Assembly: GCA_963755025.1 (NCBI GenBank) | Contig: CAVWIH010000012.1 | Span: forward strand, 1-64,000 | Direction: 5' to 3' | DNA length: 64,000 nucleotides | Source: an uncultured Actinomycetes bacterium | GTDB lineage: Bacteria > Actinomycetota > Thermoleophilia > UBA2241 | In this document: in pieces, positions 10,044-19,035 of the stretch | Layout of the letters: every line of letters begins with the position of its first letter | How positions within the stretch are numbered: position 1 is the first letter of the stretch | Notes under the pieces: generated by a model | The model's database searches: none | Seen by the model: only the letters and a program-made list of their open reading frames with translations | What the model was told of the DNA's origin: nothing | Made by a program: the position numbers and the translations under genes

Positions 10044-10112
10044 TCGCGCTCTCCTCACGCACCATGCGGCCGTTCATCGCTGCGGCGGCCGACCCGTCGC
10101 CCACCGGTTCCT

Positions 10113-10140
10113 TCATCGGCCAAAGGGGCCCGTTGGTTAA
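10113..10140 (-). promoter_or_regulatory. Sigma-28 (FliA/WhiG)-like promoter of the DUF4388 gene
   Basis: Minus strand TTAA-N16-GCCGATGA, close to the TAAA-N15-GCCGATAA consensus, about 70 nt upstream of the start codon. Confidence 0.65.
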
Positions 10141-10212
10141 CGCCTGGCGCCCGGAAGTTTCGCCCGGAGGGACGTGAGGGGCTCGCGGTGGTGGCGGCTC
10201 GTCGCACAGGGA

Positions 10213-10257
10213 CGCGGCCGGCCGCCGGCGGTCTGAGACCGCCGGCGGCCGGCCGCG
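10213..10257. terminator. Perfect 22-bp inverted repeat (GC hairpin), probable terminator or REP-like element
   Basis: cgcggccggccgccggcggtct-g-agaccgccggcggccggccgcg, just downstream of the 10304-10912 gene; no U-tract. Confidence 0.6.
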
Positions 10258-10303
10258 CGGCGACGACGTGGACCGGTCCTTCAGGCGCCGGGACGCCCGC
10301 GCG

Positions 10304-10912
10304 CTACGGCCGACCCCACCAGCGTTCGTAGGACTTGGGCGGCTTGAGCCCGGCTGCCAGCTGCTGGCGCTGGGTGGCCCGCTCGCGCGCCACCACGAGG
10401 GCGTCGGCCAGGTAGTCGATGAGGCTTTCGTTGAACTGCTCGGCGACCTCGTTGGCGCGCTCCACGTCGGCCTCGACGGCCTGCACGGTGCGCTCGAAGA
10501 ACTGATTGGCGCTGCTGGCGGTCGGATGTTCGGCGATGTAGCCGATCACGATGCGACGGTCCTTGAGGTCGACCTCGATGCTCGCGTGCTCGAGCTCGTC
10601 GTCTTCTTCGTGCAGGAAGACGAGCGTCTCGCCGCCCTCCACGGAGATGTACAGGTCGACGCGCGTGCCGGGCACCACGATCGGGGCGCCGCCCGGCGCC
10701 TCGTGCCCGGGCTCGCCGGGGACCGCCATCTTGATCGCCCGCGGCGTGTCGAAGGTGGCGCTGCCGAGGCGCACGGGGGCCAGGTAGTGGCGCTCGGCGA
10801 CCTCGACCGGCAGCACGGCGTGCCGCGACGACAGCACGAGGTCGTCGTCGATGGCAAAGACATCGCGTTGCGCCCGCTCGCGCAACGCTTCAAGACGTTT
10901 GGCCAGGCTCAT
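10304..10912 (-). CDS. Hypothetical protein (202 aa)
   Basis: GGAGGG RBS, upstream TAGACT -10 box, natural amino-acid composition with C-terminal coiled-coil-like helix; no family recognised. Confidence 0.8.
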   Translation of the reverse strand: MSLAKRLEALRERAQRDVFAIDDDLVLSSRHAVLPVEVAERHYLAPVRLGSATFDTPRAIKMAVPGEPGHEAPGGAPIVVPGTRVDLYISVEGGETLVFLHEEDDELEHASIEVDLKDRRIVIGYIAEHPTASSANQFFERTVQAVEADVERANEVAEQFNESLIDYLADALVVARERATQRQQLAAGLKPPKSYERWWGRP

Positions 10913-11108
10913 GTGATCCCCTCCGCTCCCTTTGCTTTGTGCAGAGCCGCGGCAAGTCTATAGCCAGACGGCGCGCGGCGCGCCCCCCATGCGGCCGGCG
11001 GCGGCAAGAAAGGCGGCCGGCGCGGCGAACTAGTACCGTAGATCGACTTCGTCGTCTCCGCTCAGGCGTGCGTGACTACGTTGCGCGCCTGGTGAGCGAC
11101 CGCGCGCG

Positions 11109-12173
11109 GTGAAGGTCCGGCACGCAGCGACCCCCGAGGAGACCGTGACGACAGAGCACCCCAGCGCCGACAAGGGCCGCCGACTCGAGAGCGAGATCGC
11201 GCACGCCCTGACGGCGGGCGGCTATGCCGCCCGCCGCAACGTGGTGCGCGAGGGCCGTTCGGGGGCGCGCCACGAGATCGACGTGCTGGCCGAGAAGAGT
11301 GACGGGCTCACCACGTTCACCCTCGTGGTCGAATGCAAGGCGTGGGACCGGCCGGTCGACAAGGAGGTCCTCGCCAAAGCCGCCTTCGTCGGCGCCGACG
11401 TGGGCGCCGACAAGACGATCGTGGTGGCGCTCCAGGGCGCGACCGGCGGCGCCACGCTCTCGGCCGCCGAGCTCGGCGTCGAGCTGTGGGGGCCCGACGA
11501 GCTCGAACACCGGCTGGGCCGCGTGCTGGTCGCCGACCTCGGCGCGACGCGCCCGCCCACCGAGCTCGGCTTCGCCGTGGTGGTCGACGCGGCGCGCGCC
11601 GCCCGCCTGGCCGAGCGGCAGCGCGGCAAGGGCGTCCTGGGCATCGGCGCCGAAGAGATCGCCTGGTTCGACCTCGTCTGGCTGCCCTGCCTGCTGCTCA
11701 CGCTGGGCTGCACGAGCCGCCAGGGGCGCCTGCACAGACGCACCCGGCACTCGTCGGTCTTCAATCTCTACGAGGCGCTCGACGGCACGCTGCTCGAAAG
11801 CTTCGCGGTCGATCCGGCCGTCGGCGCCGTCGAGACGAGCGGGCATCGCCTGGCGCCCCGGGTGAAGTCGCGCGTGTTGCGCACCGAGATCGCGACGACC
11901 TTCGACAAGTGGCGCTCGGTCGTGCAGGGCGCGGCCCGCGAGCGCTGGGAGCGGGCGGGCTGCGAGCTCGGCATCCCCCTGCCGATCGATGCCCTCACGG
12001 TCGAAGAGACGGCGGCCTGCTACCTGCCGGTCTACGCCGCCGTCCTCAGGCAGAGAGACGCGCGCCGCGTGGTGGTGATCGACGGCGGCGACGGCACGCT
12101 CGACACGCTGCTGTCGGGCGTGTTCACGGCGAACCTCGGCTACCTCACCGAGGCGCTCGACCCTCGGCCGTAG
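11109..12173 (+). CDS. Mrr-like PD-(D/E)xK restriction endonuclease domain protein
   Basis: KGRRLE...GRSGARHEIDVLAE...VVECKAWDRPV...GVELWG. Real start may be GTG at 11145 after GAGGAG. Confidence 0.8.
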   Translation: MKVRHAATPEETVTTEHPSADKGRRLESEIAHALTAGGYAARRNVVREGRSGARHEIDVLAEKSDGLTTFTLVVECKAWDRPVDKEVLAKAAFVGADVGADKTIVVALQGATGGATLSAAELGVELWGPDELEHRLGRVLVADLGATRPPTELGFAVVVDAARAARLAERQRGKGVLGIGAEEIAWFDLVWLPCLLLTLGCTSRQGRLHRRTRHSSVFNLYEALDGTLLESFAVDPAVGAVETSGHRLAPRVKSRVLRTEIATTFDKWRSVVQGAARERWERAGCELGIPLPIDALTVEETAACYLPVYAAVLRQRDARRVVVIDGGDGTLDTLLSGVFTANLGYLTEALDPRP

Positions 12174-12415
12174 GCCGGGCTTCGCGGCCGTCGACGGGAG
12201 CCCCGCACCCGAGGGCAAACGCAACGCTAGTCGCGCAGGCGACCGGGTATCAGAAGGACAAGAGGGCGTGCGGGCCGGCGGGCGTCGTCAGACGGCAGGC
12301 GCATGGGTTGGCGGGCCGGTCTCGGGCGGCGGGCGCCGCTCGCACCAGCACGACGAGCACGAGACGCACGTGACGGACAGACGAGGGGCGTCGACAGACG
12401 CCAGGCAGGTGTTCG

Positions 12416-12631
12416 ATGGATCGCAGCCATGACCGAGTCCCGGTCCTTTCCCAGGTCCTGGAAGATGCCGAGGGCTGCCGGGCCGTGATCGCGAGCATGT
12501 TGTTCCTCGAGGTGCCCGGCGACGTGCTCGACGAGCTCGCCGCCTGCGACGAGCAGCTCACCGCGCTGATCGTGGCCGTGCGCGCCCACCTGGGCATGAG
12601 CCCGAGCGACGAGGGACGCCACGCCGCCTGA
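12416..12631 (+). CDS. Small hypothetical protein (71 aa)
   Basis: Two amphipathic helices, GC3-rich codons, AGGTG upstream of the ATG. Confidence 0.55.
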   Translation: MDRSHDRVPVLSQVLEDAEGCRAVIASMLFLEVPGDVLDELAACDEQLTALIVAVRAHLGMSPSDEGRHAA

Positions 12632-12650
12632 GGCGGCAGGCGCCCGCGCG

Positions 12651-14177
12651 GTGCCGGGCCGCGAGCCGACGTCCGAGGTGCAGCTGCACACCGCCCGCGG
12701 GCGCTGGGTGATCACCGCGTCCGTGCTGGGCGCCGGCATCGTGTTCATCGACGGCACCGTGGTGAACGTGGCGCTGCCGGCCATCGGCCGCACGTTCCAT
12801 AGCGGCCTCGCCACCCTGCAGTGGACCGTGACCGCCTACACGCTCACGCTGGCCGCCTTCATCCTGGTCGGTGGTTCGATCGGCGACCGCTACGGCCGGC
12901 GGCGCAGCTTCATCGTCGGCGTGCTGTGGTTCGCCGCCGCCTCGCTCGTGTGCGGGCTCGCGCCCAACGCCACCGTGCTCATCCTGGCGCGGGCGCTGCA
13001 GGGGGTCGGCGCCGCGCTGCTCACCCCCGAGAGCCTCGCCATCCTGCAGGCCTCGTTTCGCCCGCAGGACCGCGCCCAGGCGATCGGCACGTGGTCGGGC
13101 ATGAGCGGCATCGCCACCGCCATCGGGCCGTTCGTGGGCGGCTACCTGATCCAGGCGGTGTCGTGGCGCCTCATCTTCCTCATCAACCTGCCGTTCGTCG
13201 TGGCGGTGGTGTGGATCGCCCGGCGCCACGTGCCCGAGAGCAGCGACCCCACCGCCGTCGGACGCCTCGACCTGGCCGGCGCCGGGCTCGCGACCGTGAC
13301 CCTCGGCACGCTCATCTACGGGCTCATCGAGGGAGCGGGCGTGGGCTGGGCGACGGGCCGCGTGGTGACCGCGCTCGCGGTCTCGGTGGTGGCGGGCCTT
13401 GCCTTCGTGGTCGTCGAGCGCCGCGTGAAGGACCCCATGCTGCCCTTCGGCATCTTTCGCGCCCGCCAGTTCACGGCCGCGAACCTGGCCACCTTCATGG
13501 TCTACGGCGCCCTGGGCGGCGGCCTGTTCCTGTTGCCGCTCCAGCTGCAACAGGTGCTGGGCTACTCGCCGCTCGAAGCGGGCACGGCCCTGCTGCCCAT
13601 CACGCTGGTCATGCTCGCGCTCTCGGCTCAGGCCGGCAAGCTCGCACAGCGCATCGGCCCGCGACTGCCCATGACCGTGGGCCCGATCGTCGCCGGCATC
13701 GGCCTCGCGGCCCTCTCGCTCGTACAGCCGGGCACGACCTACCTGAGCACCTTCCTGCCCGCGATCGTCGTGTTCTCGCTGGGGCTTGCGCTGACCGTGT
13801 CGCCGCTCACCGCGACCGTGCTGGCGGCGGCTCCGGTCGAGCACGCCGGCCTGGCGTCGGCCGTGAACAACGCGGTCGCGCGCGCGGCCGGCCTGATCGC
13901 GGTGGCCGTGCTGCCCGCCGCCGCCGGGTTGAGCACGTCGAGCTACCTGCACCCCGCCGTGTTCACCTCCGGCTTTCGCACCGCCATGTGGCTCGCCGGC
14001 GGCGCCTGCGCCCTGGGCGGCGTGATCTCGGCCCTCACCATCCGCAACAGCCTGACGGCGGCGCCGGCCGCCGAGGAGAAGCCGCGCTACTCGTGCTCCC
14101 TCGACGCTCCTCAGCTGTGTCCCGACGACGGCGATGAAGGGCTGGCGTCGGGGGCGAGCGGTGGTCCGGCGGCGTGA
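12651..14177 (+). CDS. MFS transporter, DHA2 (EmrB/QacA-like) family
   Basis: FIDGTVVNVALPAI, GGSIGDRYGRRR, ARALQGVGAALLTP.SLAIL, WRLIFLINLP; about 14 TM segments. Confidence 0.93.
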   Translation: MPGREPTSEVQLHTARGRWVITASVLGAGIVFIDGTVVNVALPAIGRTFHSGLATLQWTVTAYTLTLAAFILVGGSIGDRYGRRRSFIVGVLWFAAASLVCGLAPNATVLILARALQGVGAALLTPESLAILQASFRPQDRAQAIGTWSGMSGIATAIGPFVGGYLIQAVSWRLIFLINLPFVVAVVWIARRHVPESSDPTAVGRLDLAGAGLATVTLGTLIYGLIEGAGVGWATGRVVTALAVSVVAGLAFVVVERRVKDPMLPFGIFRARQFTAANLATFMVYGALGGGLFLLPLQLQQVLGYSPLEAGTALLPITLVMLALSAQAGKLAQRIGPRLPMTVGPIVAGIGLAALSLVQPGTTYLSTFLPAIVVFSLGLALTVSPLTATVLAAAPVEHAGLASAVNNAVARAAGLIAVAVLPAAAGLSTSSYLHPAVFTSGFRTAMWLAGGACALGGVISALTIRNSLTAAPAAEEKPRYSCSLDAPQLCPDDGDEGLASGASGGPAA

Positions 14178-14191
14178 CGTTCACGCGACGC

Positions 14192-14217
14192 GTTACCGCC
14201 GGGTCCCGCCGGGGAAT
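14192..14217 (+). promoter_or_regulatory. SigB/SigF-like promoter
   Basis: GTTA-N16-GGGAAT, about 50 nt upstream of the ATG at 14270. Confidence 0.45.
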
Positions 14218-14269
14218 CAGGGGGCACAGGCCGACGTGTGGGAACGACGGCACGGCAAGAAGGGGCGTC

Positions 14270-14596
14270 ATGGGCAAGCATCACGGCCATTCGTTCACGG
14301 AGCGTTTCAGCCACCTGCTGAGCGGACGCGACGCGCAGTCGGGGGACTACGCGCGTCGCGAAGCCGCCGCGCTCGAACGCCACTGGGGAGTCGCGACCTG
14401 CGCGCGCTGTGGCCGTGCCATCATGCTGGGCGAACCCGTCGCGCGAGTACGCTCGCGCGAGATCGCGCCCACGCTCTGCGTGGAGTGCCTGGCGCCGGCG
14501 CAGACGGCCCCTACCTGGGTCGCCGCTCCCGAGCGCCATGGCAGAGAGCCGGTGCGCCTGACGGCGCCGCAGAGCGACCTCGAGCGCGCGGCCTGA
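14270..14596 (+). CDS. Small putative zinc-finger protein (108 aa)
   Basis: AAGGGG RBS; CARCG...CVEC (two CxxC pairs). Confidence 0.65.
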   Translation: MGKHHGHSFTERFSHLLSGRDAQSGDYARREAAALERHWGVATCARCGRAIMLGEPVARVRSREIAPTLCVECLAPAQTAPTWVAAPERHGREPVRLTAPQSDLERAA

Positions 14597-14650
14597 CGGT
14601 CTGCTCGCTCGCGCGAAGCCCGCCGCAGCGGGCGGCCGCGACGCCCTGTC

Positions 14651-16741
14651 TCAGTAGACGATGACGGCCGCGCCGTAGTTCATGAACCCGTAGACCCACG
14701 GGGCTTCGGGCATGGAGATGCGCACGCAGCCGTGCGACGCCGGGTACGCCGGCACGTCGGGAAAGCCGTGGATGGCGTCGCCCGCGTGGAAGAAGCTGGC
14801 GTAGGGCATCCAGTCGAGGTATTCGGTCGTCCACCAGGCGATGGCCTTCATGTAGACGCTGAAGTGTCCGGCCGGCGTGGGCAGGCTGGGCCGGCCGGTC
14901 GAGCAGTGCACGACGCGCACCAGCTTGCCGTTGTTCACGCAGAGCAGCACGCCGAGGCTGCGGAAGACTTCGGCGTAGTGGCCCGTCGCCGACTCGCGGC
15001 GCGGCCTGGGCGACGTGCCGACCTCGAGCCTGGCCCTGGTCTTGGGCCCGTCGCGACCGTCGCGCACGAGTCCGTTCCACGCCTGATACGCCATGAGGGC
15101 CTGCTCCGTGCGGTAGTCGTCGGTGCCGCTCACCGCGCCCGAGGGCAGGTAGCGCAGCGCGATCAGGCAGCGCTGCACGTCGGCGGTGTTGTGGATCACC
15201 CAGGTCACGACGCTCAGGCCGCGTCTGCCGACCACGCGCTGCGCGTTGCCGGCCGCGTCGGTCGCGGTCACGACCCAGGTGTAGCTGCCGTTGGCCAGGT
15301 GCACCCGATACGTGCAGGCGCGCTTGAGGTTCTCGGCGACGCCCGTCAGGCGGATCGTCTTCACGACCTTGTGGCCGCGGTAGATCGCGATCTTCACGAG
15401 AGCGGTCCCGCAGCTCGGCGCAGGGTCGTTTATGCGATACGAGAACGTGGCCAGCTTGCCGCGCGCCACCTTGACGTTGGCCACGGCCACGCAGGCGGGC
15501 GCGGCGGTGTCGATGTTCACGTAGCCCGAGTGGGCGGTTTCGGTGTTGCCGACGAGGTCGACCGCCCAGTAGCTCACGACGTGCGATCCCGCGCCCGACA
15601 CGCTGAAGGCGCCTTTGTAGGTCTGCCGGGAGCCGGCGTCGACCGTGTAGTACACGGCGGCGACGCCCGAGCCGCTGTCTGAAGCGGCCAGCGAGACCGT
15701 CTGCGCCTGGTTGCGCCAGCCCGCGTGACGGGTGGCCTGCAGACCGGTGGCCGTCGTGGCCGGGAACGTCGAGTCGGCCACGCCGCCGTCGAGGGTGCGC
15801 AGCATTGTGCCGGCGGCGCCCACGGCGCTGCCGCGCAAGGCGTCGGCCGCGACCGCCAGGCCGCTCAGGTCGGTGGCGACGGGAGCCGACGAGGCTTGCA
15901 CGGCCCAGGTAAGGCCGCCGTCGGTGGTGTCCACGATGGTGCCGGCGGCGCCCACAGCCCAGCCGTGGGCGGCATCGGCGAAGGCCACCGCGTGGAGGTC
16001 CTGCAACGTGCCGGAGGCCTGCGCGGCCCAGGTGAGGCCGCCGTCGGTGGTGTGCACGATGGTGCCGGCCGCGCCCACCGCCCAGCCGTCGGTCGCGTCG
16101 GTGAAGGCCACCGCGTGGAGGTCCTGCGTGGTGTGCGAGGTCTGCGCGGCCCAGGTCGAGCCGTCGGTGGTGTGCACGATGGTGCCGGCGGCGCCCACCG
16201 CCCAGCCGTCGGTCGCGTCGGCGAAGGCCACGCCGCTCAGATCCTGGCCGGTGTCCGAGCTGCCCGGGCTCCAGGTCGCGCCGCCATCGGTCGAGACGAG
16301 GAGCGTGCCGGCGGCGCCCACGACGTAACCGTGCGCGGCGTCGCCAAAGGTCACGGCGCTCAGATCGTGGATCGTGCCGGAGGCGGGGCCGCTCCAGCTT
16401 GCGCCGCCGTCGGTCGAGGAGAGCAGCGTACCGGCGGCGCCCACGGCCCAGGCGTCGGTCGCGCCGGAGAAGGCCGCGGCGTTCAGGTCGTGGGCCGTTC
16501 CCGAGCTGCCCACGGTCCAGGTCGCGCCGCCGTCGCTCGAGAACAGGAGCGCGCCGGCGGCGCCCACGGCCAAGCCATGGCTTGCACCGGCGAAGGTCAC
16601 CGCGTTCAGATCGCTGCCCGTGCCCGAGCTCTGCGTGCCCCAGCCGGCAGCCGCCCAGGCGGTCGCCGGCAGCAGGGCCGCCAAACACAGTGCGGCCACA
16701 AGGCCGCCGGTCGCCAACAGTCGTCCGGTCCGTTGCGCCAT
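14651..16741 (-). CDS. Secreted multidomain L,D-transpeptidase (YCF48/BNR-like repeats, Ig-like domains, PG-binding domain, YkuD)
   Basis: Signal peptide; about 7 repeats of DL.AVAF.DA..GWAVGAAGT...T.DGG.TW; VQRCL..L.Y...G....TEQALMAYQAWNGL..DG..GPKT; catalytic AIHG...PASHGCVRI. Confidence 0.9.
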   Translation of the reverse strand: MAQRTGRLLATGGLVAALCLAALLPATAWAAAGWGTQSSGTGSDLNAVTFAGASHGLAVGAAGALLFSSDGGATWTVGSSGTAHDLNAAAFSGATDAWAVGAAGTLLSSTDGGASWSGPASGTIHDLSAVTFGDAAHGYVVGAAGTLLVSTDGGATWSPGSSDTGQDLSGVAFADATDGWAVGAAGTIVHTTDGSTWAAQTSHTTQDLHAVAFTDATDGWAVGAAGTIVHTTDGGLTWAAQASGTLQDLHAVAFADAAHGWAVGAAGTIVDTTDGGLTWAVQASSAPVATDLSGLAVAADALRGSAVGAAGTMLRTLDGGVADSTFPATTATGLQATRHAGWRNQAQTVSLAASDSGSGVAAVYYTVDAGSRQTYKGAFSVSGAGSHVVSYWAVDLVGNTETAHSGYVNIDTAAPACVAVANVKVARGKLATFSYRINDPAPSCGTALVKIAIYRGHKVVKTIRLTGVAENLKRACTYRVHLANGSYTWVVTATDAAGNAQRVVGRRGLSVVTWVIHNTADVQRCLIALRYLPSGAVSGTDDYRTEQALMAYQAWNGLVRDGRDGPKTRARLEVGTSPRPRRESATGHYAEVFRSLGVLLCVNNGKLVRVVHCSTGRPSLPTPAGHFSVYMKAIAWWTTEYLDWMPYASFFHAGDAIHGFPDVPAYPASHGCVRISMPEAPWVYGFMNYGAAVIVY

Positions 16742-17082
16742 AGCCTCCACCCCCCTGGTGCCTAGGCGCGTAAGTCTATGGGAGCGCGCGCCCGCTGGCG
16801 AGCGCCCAGGCGCTCGCGACGAGCCGGCGAGACCCGAGGCGGCGCGGGGTGGCTCGGCGTGGCTCACGACGGCTTGAACGCGGGGCGACGACCGCATTGA
16901 TTCTGCCGCGTCCGGAGGCTAGGCTCCCGCATGGCGGCCCGGGGGCCGCGCACATCGGGGAACGTCGTTGGGGGCCGTCAGCCTTTCTGGGAGGGGTCGC
17001 GCGACGGGCCCTGCCTGCCCTCTGCCGACGTGCCGCAACGGGGTCCCGCCGCGCGGCGGGGGCGGAGCTGACGGGAGGGGCC

Positions 17083-18909
17083 GTGGCAGCAAGGCACAAC
17101 GGTAGGCGTTCGGGTCGCATCTTCGTCCTGACCATCGCGGCGGTGCTCGCCGCCGGACTGCTCTGGAGCCTGAGCAGCGCCCTGGGGGCGAGCTCGAGCC
17201 CGTCATCGGCCGGCAAGGTCACCATCCTGCGCATCGGCACCGTGCAGGACGCCGACACCCTCAATCCGTTCACCGGCTATTCGGGCACGTCTTACGAGAT
17301 CTTCCACCTGAACTACGACATGCTCGTCGGCTACAGCCCGGACGGCTTCGCGCCGCGTCCCGAGCTCGCCACGAGCTGGCACGACTCGCCCGACGGCAAG
17401 ACCTGGATCTTTCACATCCGCCACGGCGTGACCTGGCAGGACGGCGTGCCGCTCACGGCAAGCGACGTCGCCTTCACCTACAACTACATCATCACGAACG
17501 ACCTGTACGCCTTCACGCCCTACACGACCGACATCGTCAAGGCGGTCGCCACCGACCCCTACACGGTCAAGTTCATCCCCGACAAGCCCAAGGCCGACAT
17601 GCTGCGCCTGTGGGTGCCAATCGTGCCGCAGCACGTGTGGAGCAAGATCTCGGGCAAAGCGGCCCAGAACACGTTCGTGAACCCGGCGCCGATCGTGGGC
17701 TCGGGTCCGTTCCAGGTGGCCGAGGTGAAGAAGGGCGACTACATCCGCCTCGTGGCCAACAAGCACTACTGGGGCGGCGCTCCCAAGGTCGACGAGGTCA
17801 TCTTCCAGGTCTACCAGAACGCCGAGACCATGGTCGCCGACCTGAAGGACGACAGCATCCAGGCGGCCGAGCACGTGCCCGTCGCCGAGTTCAACCGGCT
17901 CTCCTCGACGGCCGGCGTGACCCCCATCGCGAGCAACGTGGCCGCCGAGAAGTATTTCGACGAGCTCGCCTTCAACTGCTACGACAACCACGCCTCGATG
18001 GGCAACCCGGTCCTCCTCGACCCCAAGTTCCGCCAGGCGCTCTCCTGGGCGGTCGACAAACAGAAGCTCATCCAGGTCGCCTACGGCGGCCGCGCCCTGC
18101 CGGGCTCGTCGATCATCGTGCCGGGCCTCGAATACGCCTGGCAGCCGCCTGCCAGCGAAGCCTTCGGCTTCGACCTGGCCAAGGCCGGCCAGATGCTTAC
18201 CGCGGCCGGCTACCCCCTCAAGGACGGCGTGCGCCTGAACAAGCAGGGCAAGCCCATCGTGCTGCGCCTGCAGGCCCGCAACGAGGAGACCGAGAGCCAG
18301 GTCGCCGGCAAGCTGATCACGAGCTGGTTCGACAAACTCGGCATCACGATCAAGTTCTCCGTGGTCGACGAGGGCGTGCTGCAGACCGAGATCTACAACA
18401 TGAAGGGCAAGACCTACGCCCCCGACTGGGACATGTTCCTGTGGGGCTGGGGCGAGTACGTCGACCCCAACTACATCCTCGGCGTGTTCACCAAGGCGCA
18501 GATCAACGGCTGGAACGACTGCTGCTGGACGAACCCGACCTACGACAAGCTCTACGCCGAGCAGGCCCAGGAGATGGACCCGGTCAAGCGCGCCGCCGAA
18601 GTGCAGCAGATGCAGAAGCTCTTCTACGACGCGGCGCCCTACGTCGTGCTCGCCTACCAGCAGGACCTGCAGGCCTACCAGAGCGGCGCCTGGCAAGGCT
18701 GGGTGCGCTACCCGAGCAACGGCGGCATGGTGGTGTTCTCCAACGACAACATCGACAGCTACCGCTTCGCCGAGCCCAAACCGGCGGCGGCCGCGAGCGG
18801 CTCGTCCGCCGGCCTCATCGTCGGGGTGATCGCCGCGGTGCTCGTCGTGCTGTTCGGCGCCGTGTGGCTCGCACGCCGTCGGCGCTCGAGGCCGGTCGAA
18901 GAGCTGTAA
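17083..18909 (+). CDS. ABC transporter substrate-binding protein, family 5 (peptide/nickel), with C-terminal membrane anchor
   Basis: GGGAGGGG RBS; PELATSW..SPDGKTW.F.IR.GV.WQDG.PLTASDVAFT; GSGPF; C-terminal GLIVGVIAAVLVVLFGAVWLARRRR. Confidence 0.92.
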   Translation: MAARHNGRRSGRIFVLTIAAVLAAGLLWSLSSALGASSSPSSAGKVTILRIGTVQDADTLNPFTGYSGTSYEIFHLNYDMLVGYSPDGFAPRPELATSWHDSPDGKTWIFHIRHGVTWQDGVPLTASDVAFTYNYIITNDLYAFTPYTTDIVKAVATDPYTVKFIPDKPKADMLRLWVPIVPQHVWSKISGKAAQNTFVNPAPIVGSGPFQVAEVKKGDYIRLVANKHYWGGAPKVDEVIFQVYQNAETMVADLKDDSIQAAEHVPVAEFNRLSSTAGVTPIASNVAAEKYFDELAFNCYDNHASMGNPVLLDPKFRQALSWAVDKQKLIQVAYGGRALPGSSIIVPGLEYAWQPPASEAFGFDLAKAGQMLTAAGYPLKDGVRLNKQGKPIVLRLQARNEETESQVAGKLITSWFDKLGITIKFSVVDEGVLQTEIYNMKGKTYAPDWDMFLWGWGEYVDPNYILGVFTKAQINGWNDCCWTNPTYDKLYAEQAQEMDPVKRAAEVQQMQKLFYDAAPYVVLAYQQDLQAYQSGAWQGWVRYPSNGGMVVFSNDNIDSYRFAEPKPAAAASGSSAGLIVGVIAAVLVVLFGAVWLARRRRSRPVEEL

Positions 18910-18931
18910 GGAGATCGGGCTGCGACCGGTC

Positions 18932-18963
18932 GCGCTGCGGTCTCCCGCGGGAGACCGCAGCGC
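18932..18963. terminator. Perfect 32-bp palindrome, probable terminator hairpin
   Basis: gcgctgcggtctcccgcgggagaccgcagcgc, about 22 nt after the binding-protein stop codon. Confidence 0.65.
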
Positions 18964-19035
18964 CCCGGCGCGCCCCGGCGTCGCGGCGCCTGCATGCCGC
19001 CCGCCCGCAGGTCCTTGCCGTCGTGGAGGTGACGG

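Noticed and set aside
7659-10058. 799-aa DUF4388-HemB fusion
   Set aside because: A frameshift near 8940 bypasses the true stop at 8765; hemB has its own RBS and ATG at 8639.
15880-16640. Regularly spaced near-identical DNA repeats resembling a CRISPR array
   Set aside because: They are in-frame coding repeats of the beta-propeller; there are no unique spacers and no cas genes.
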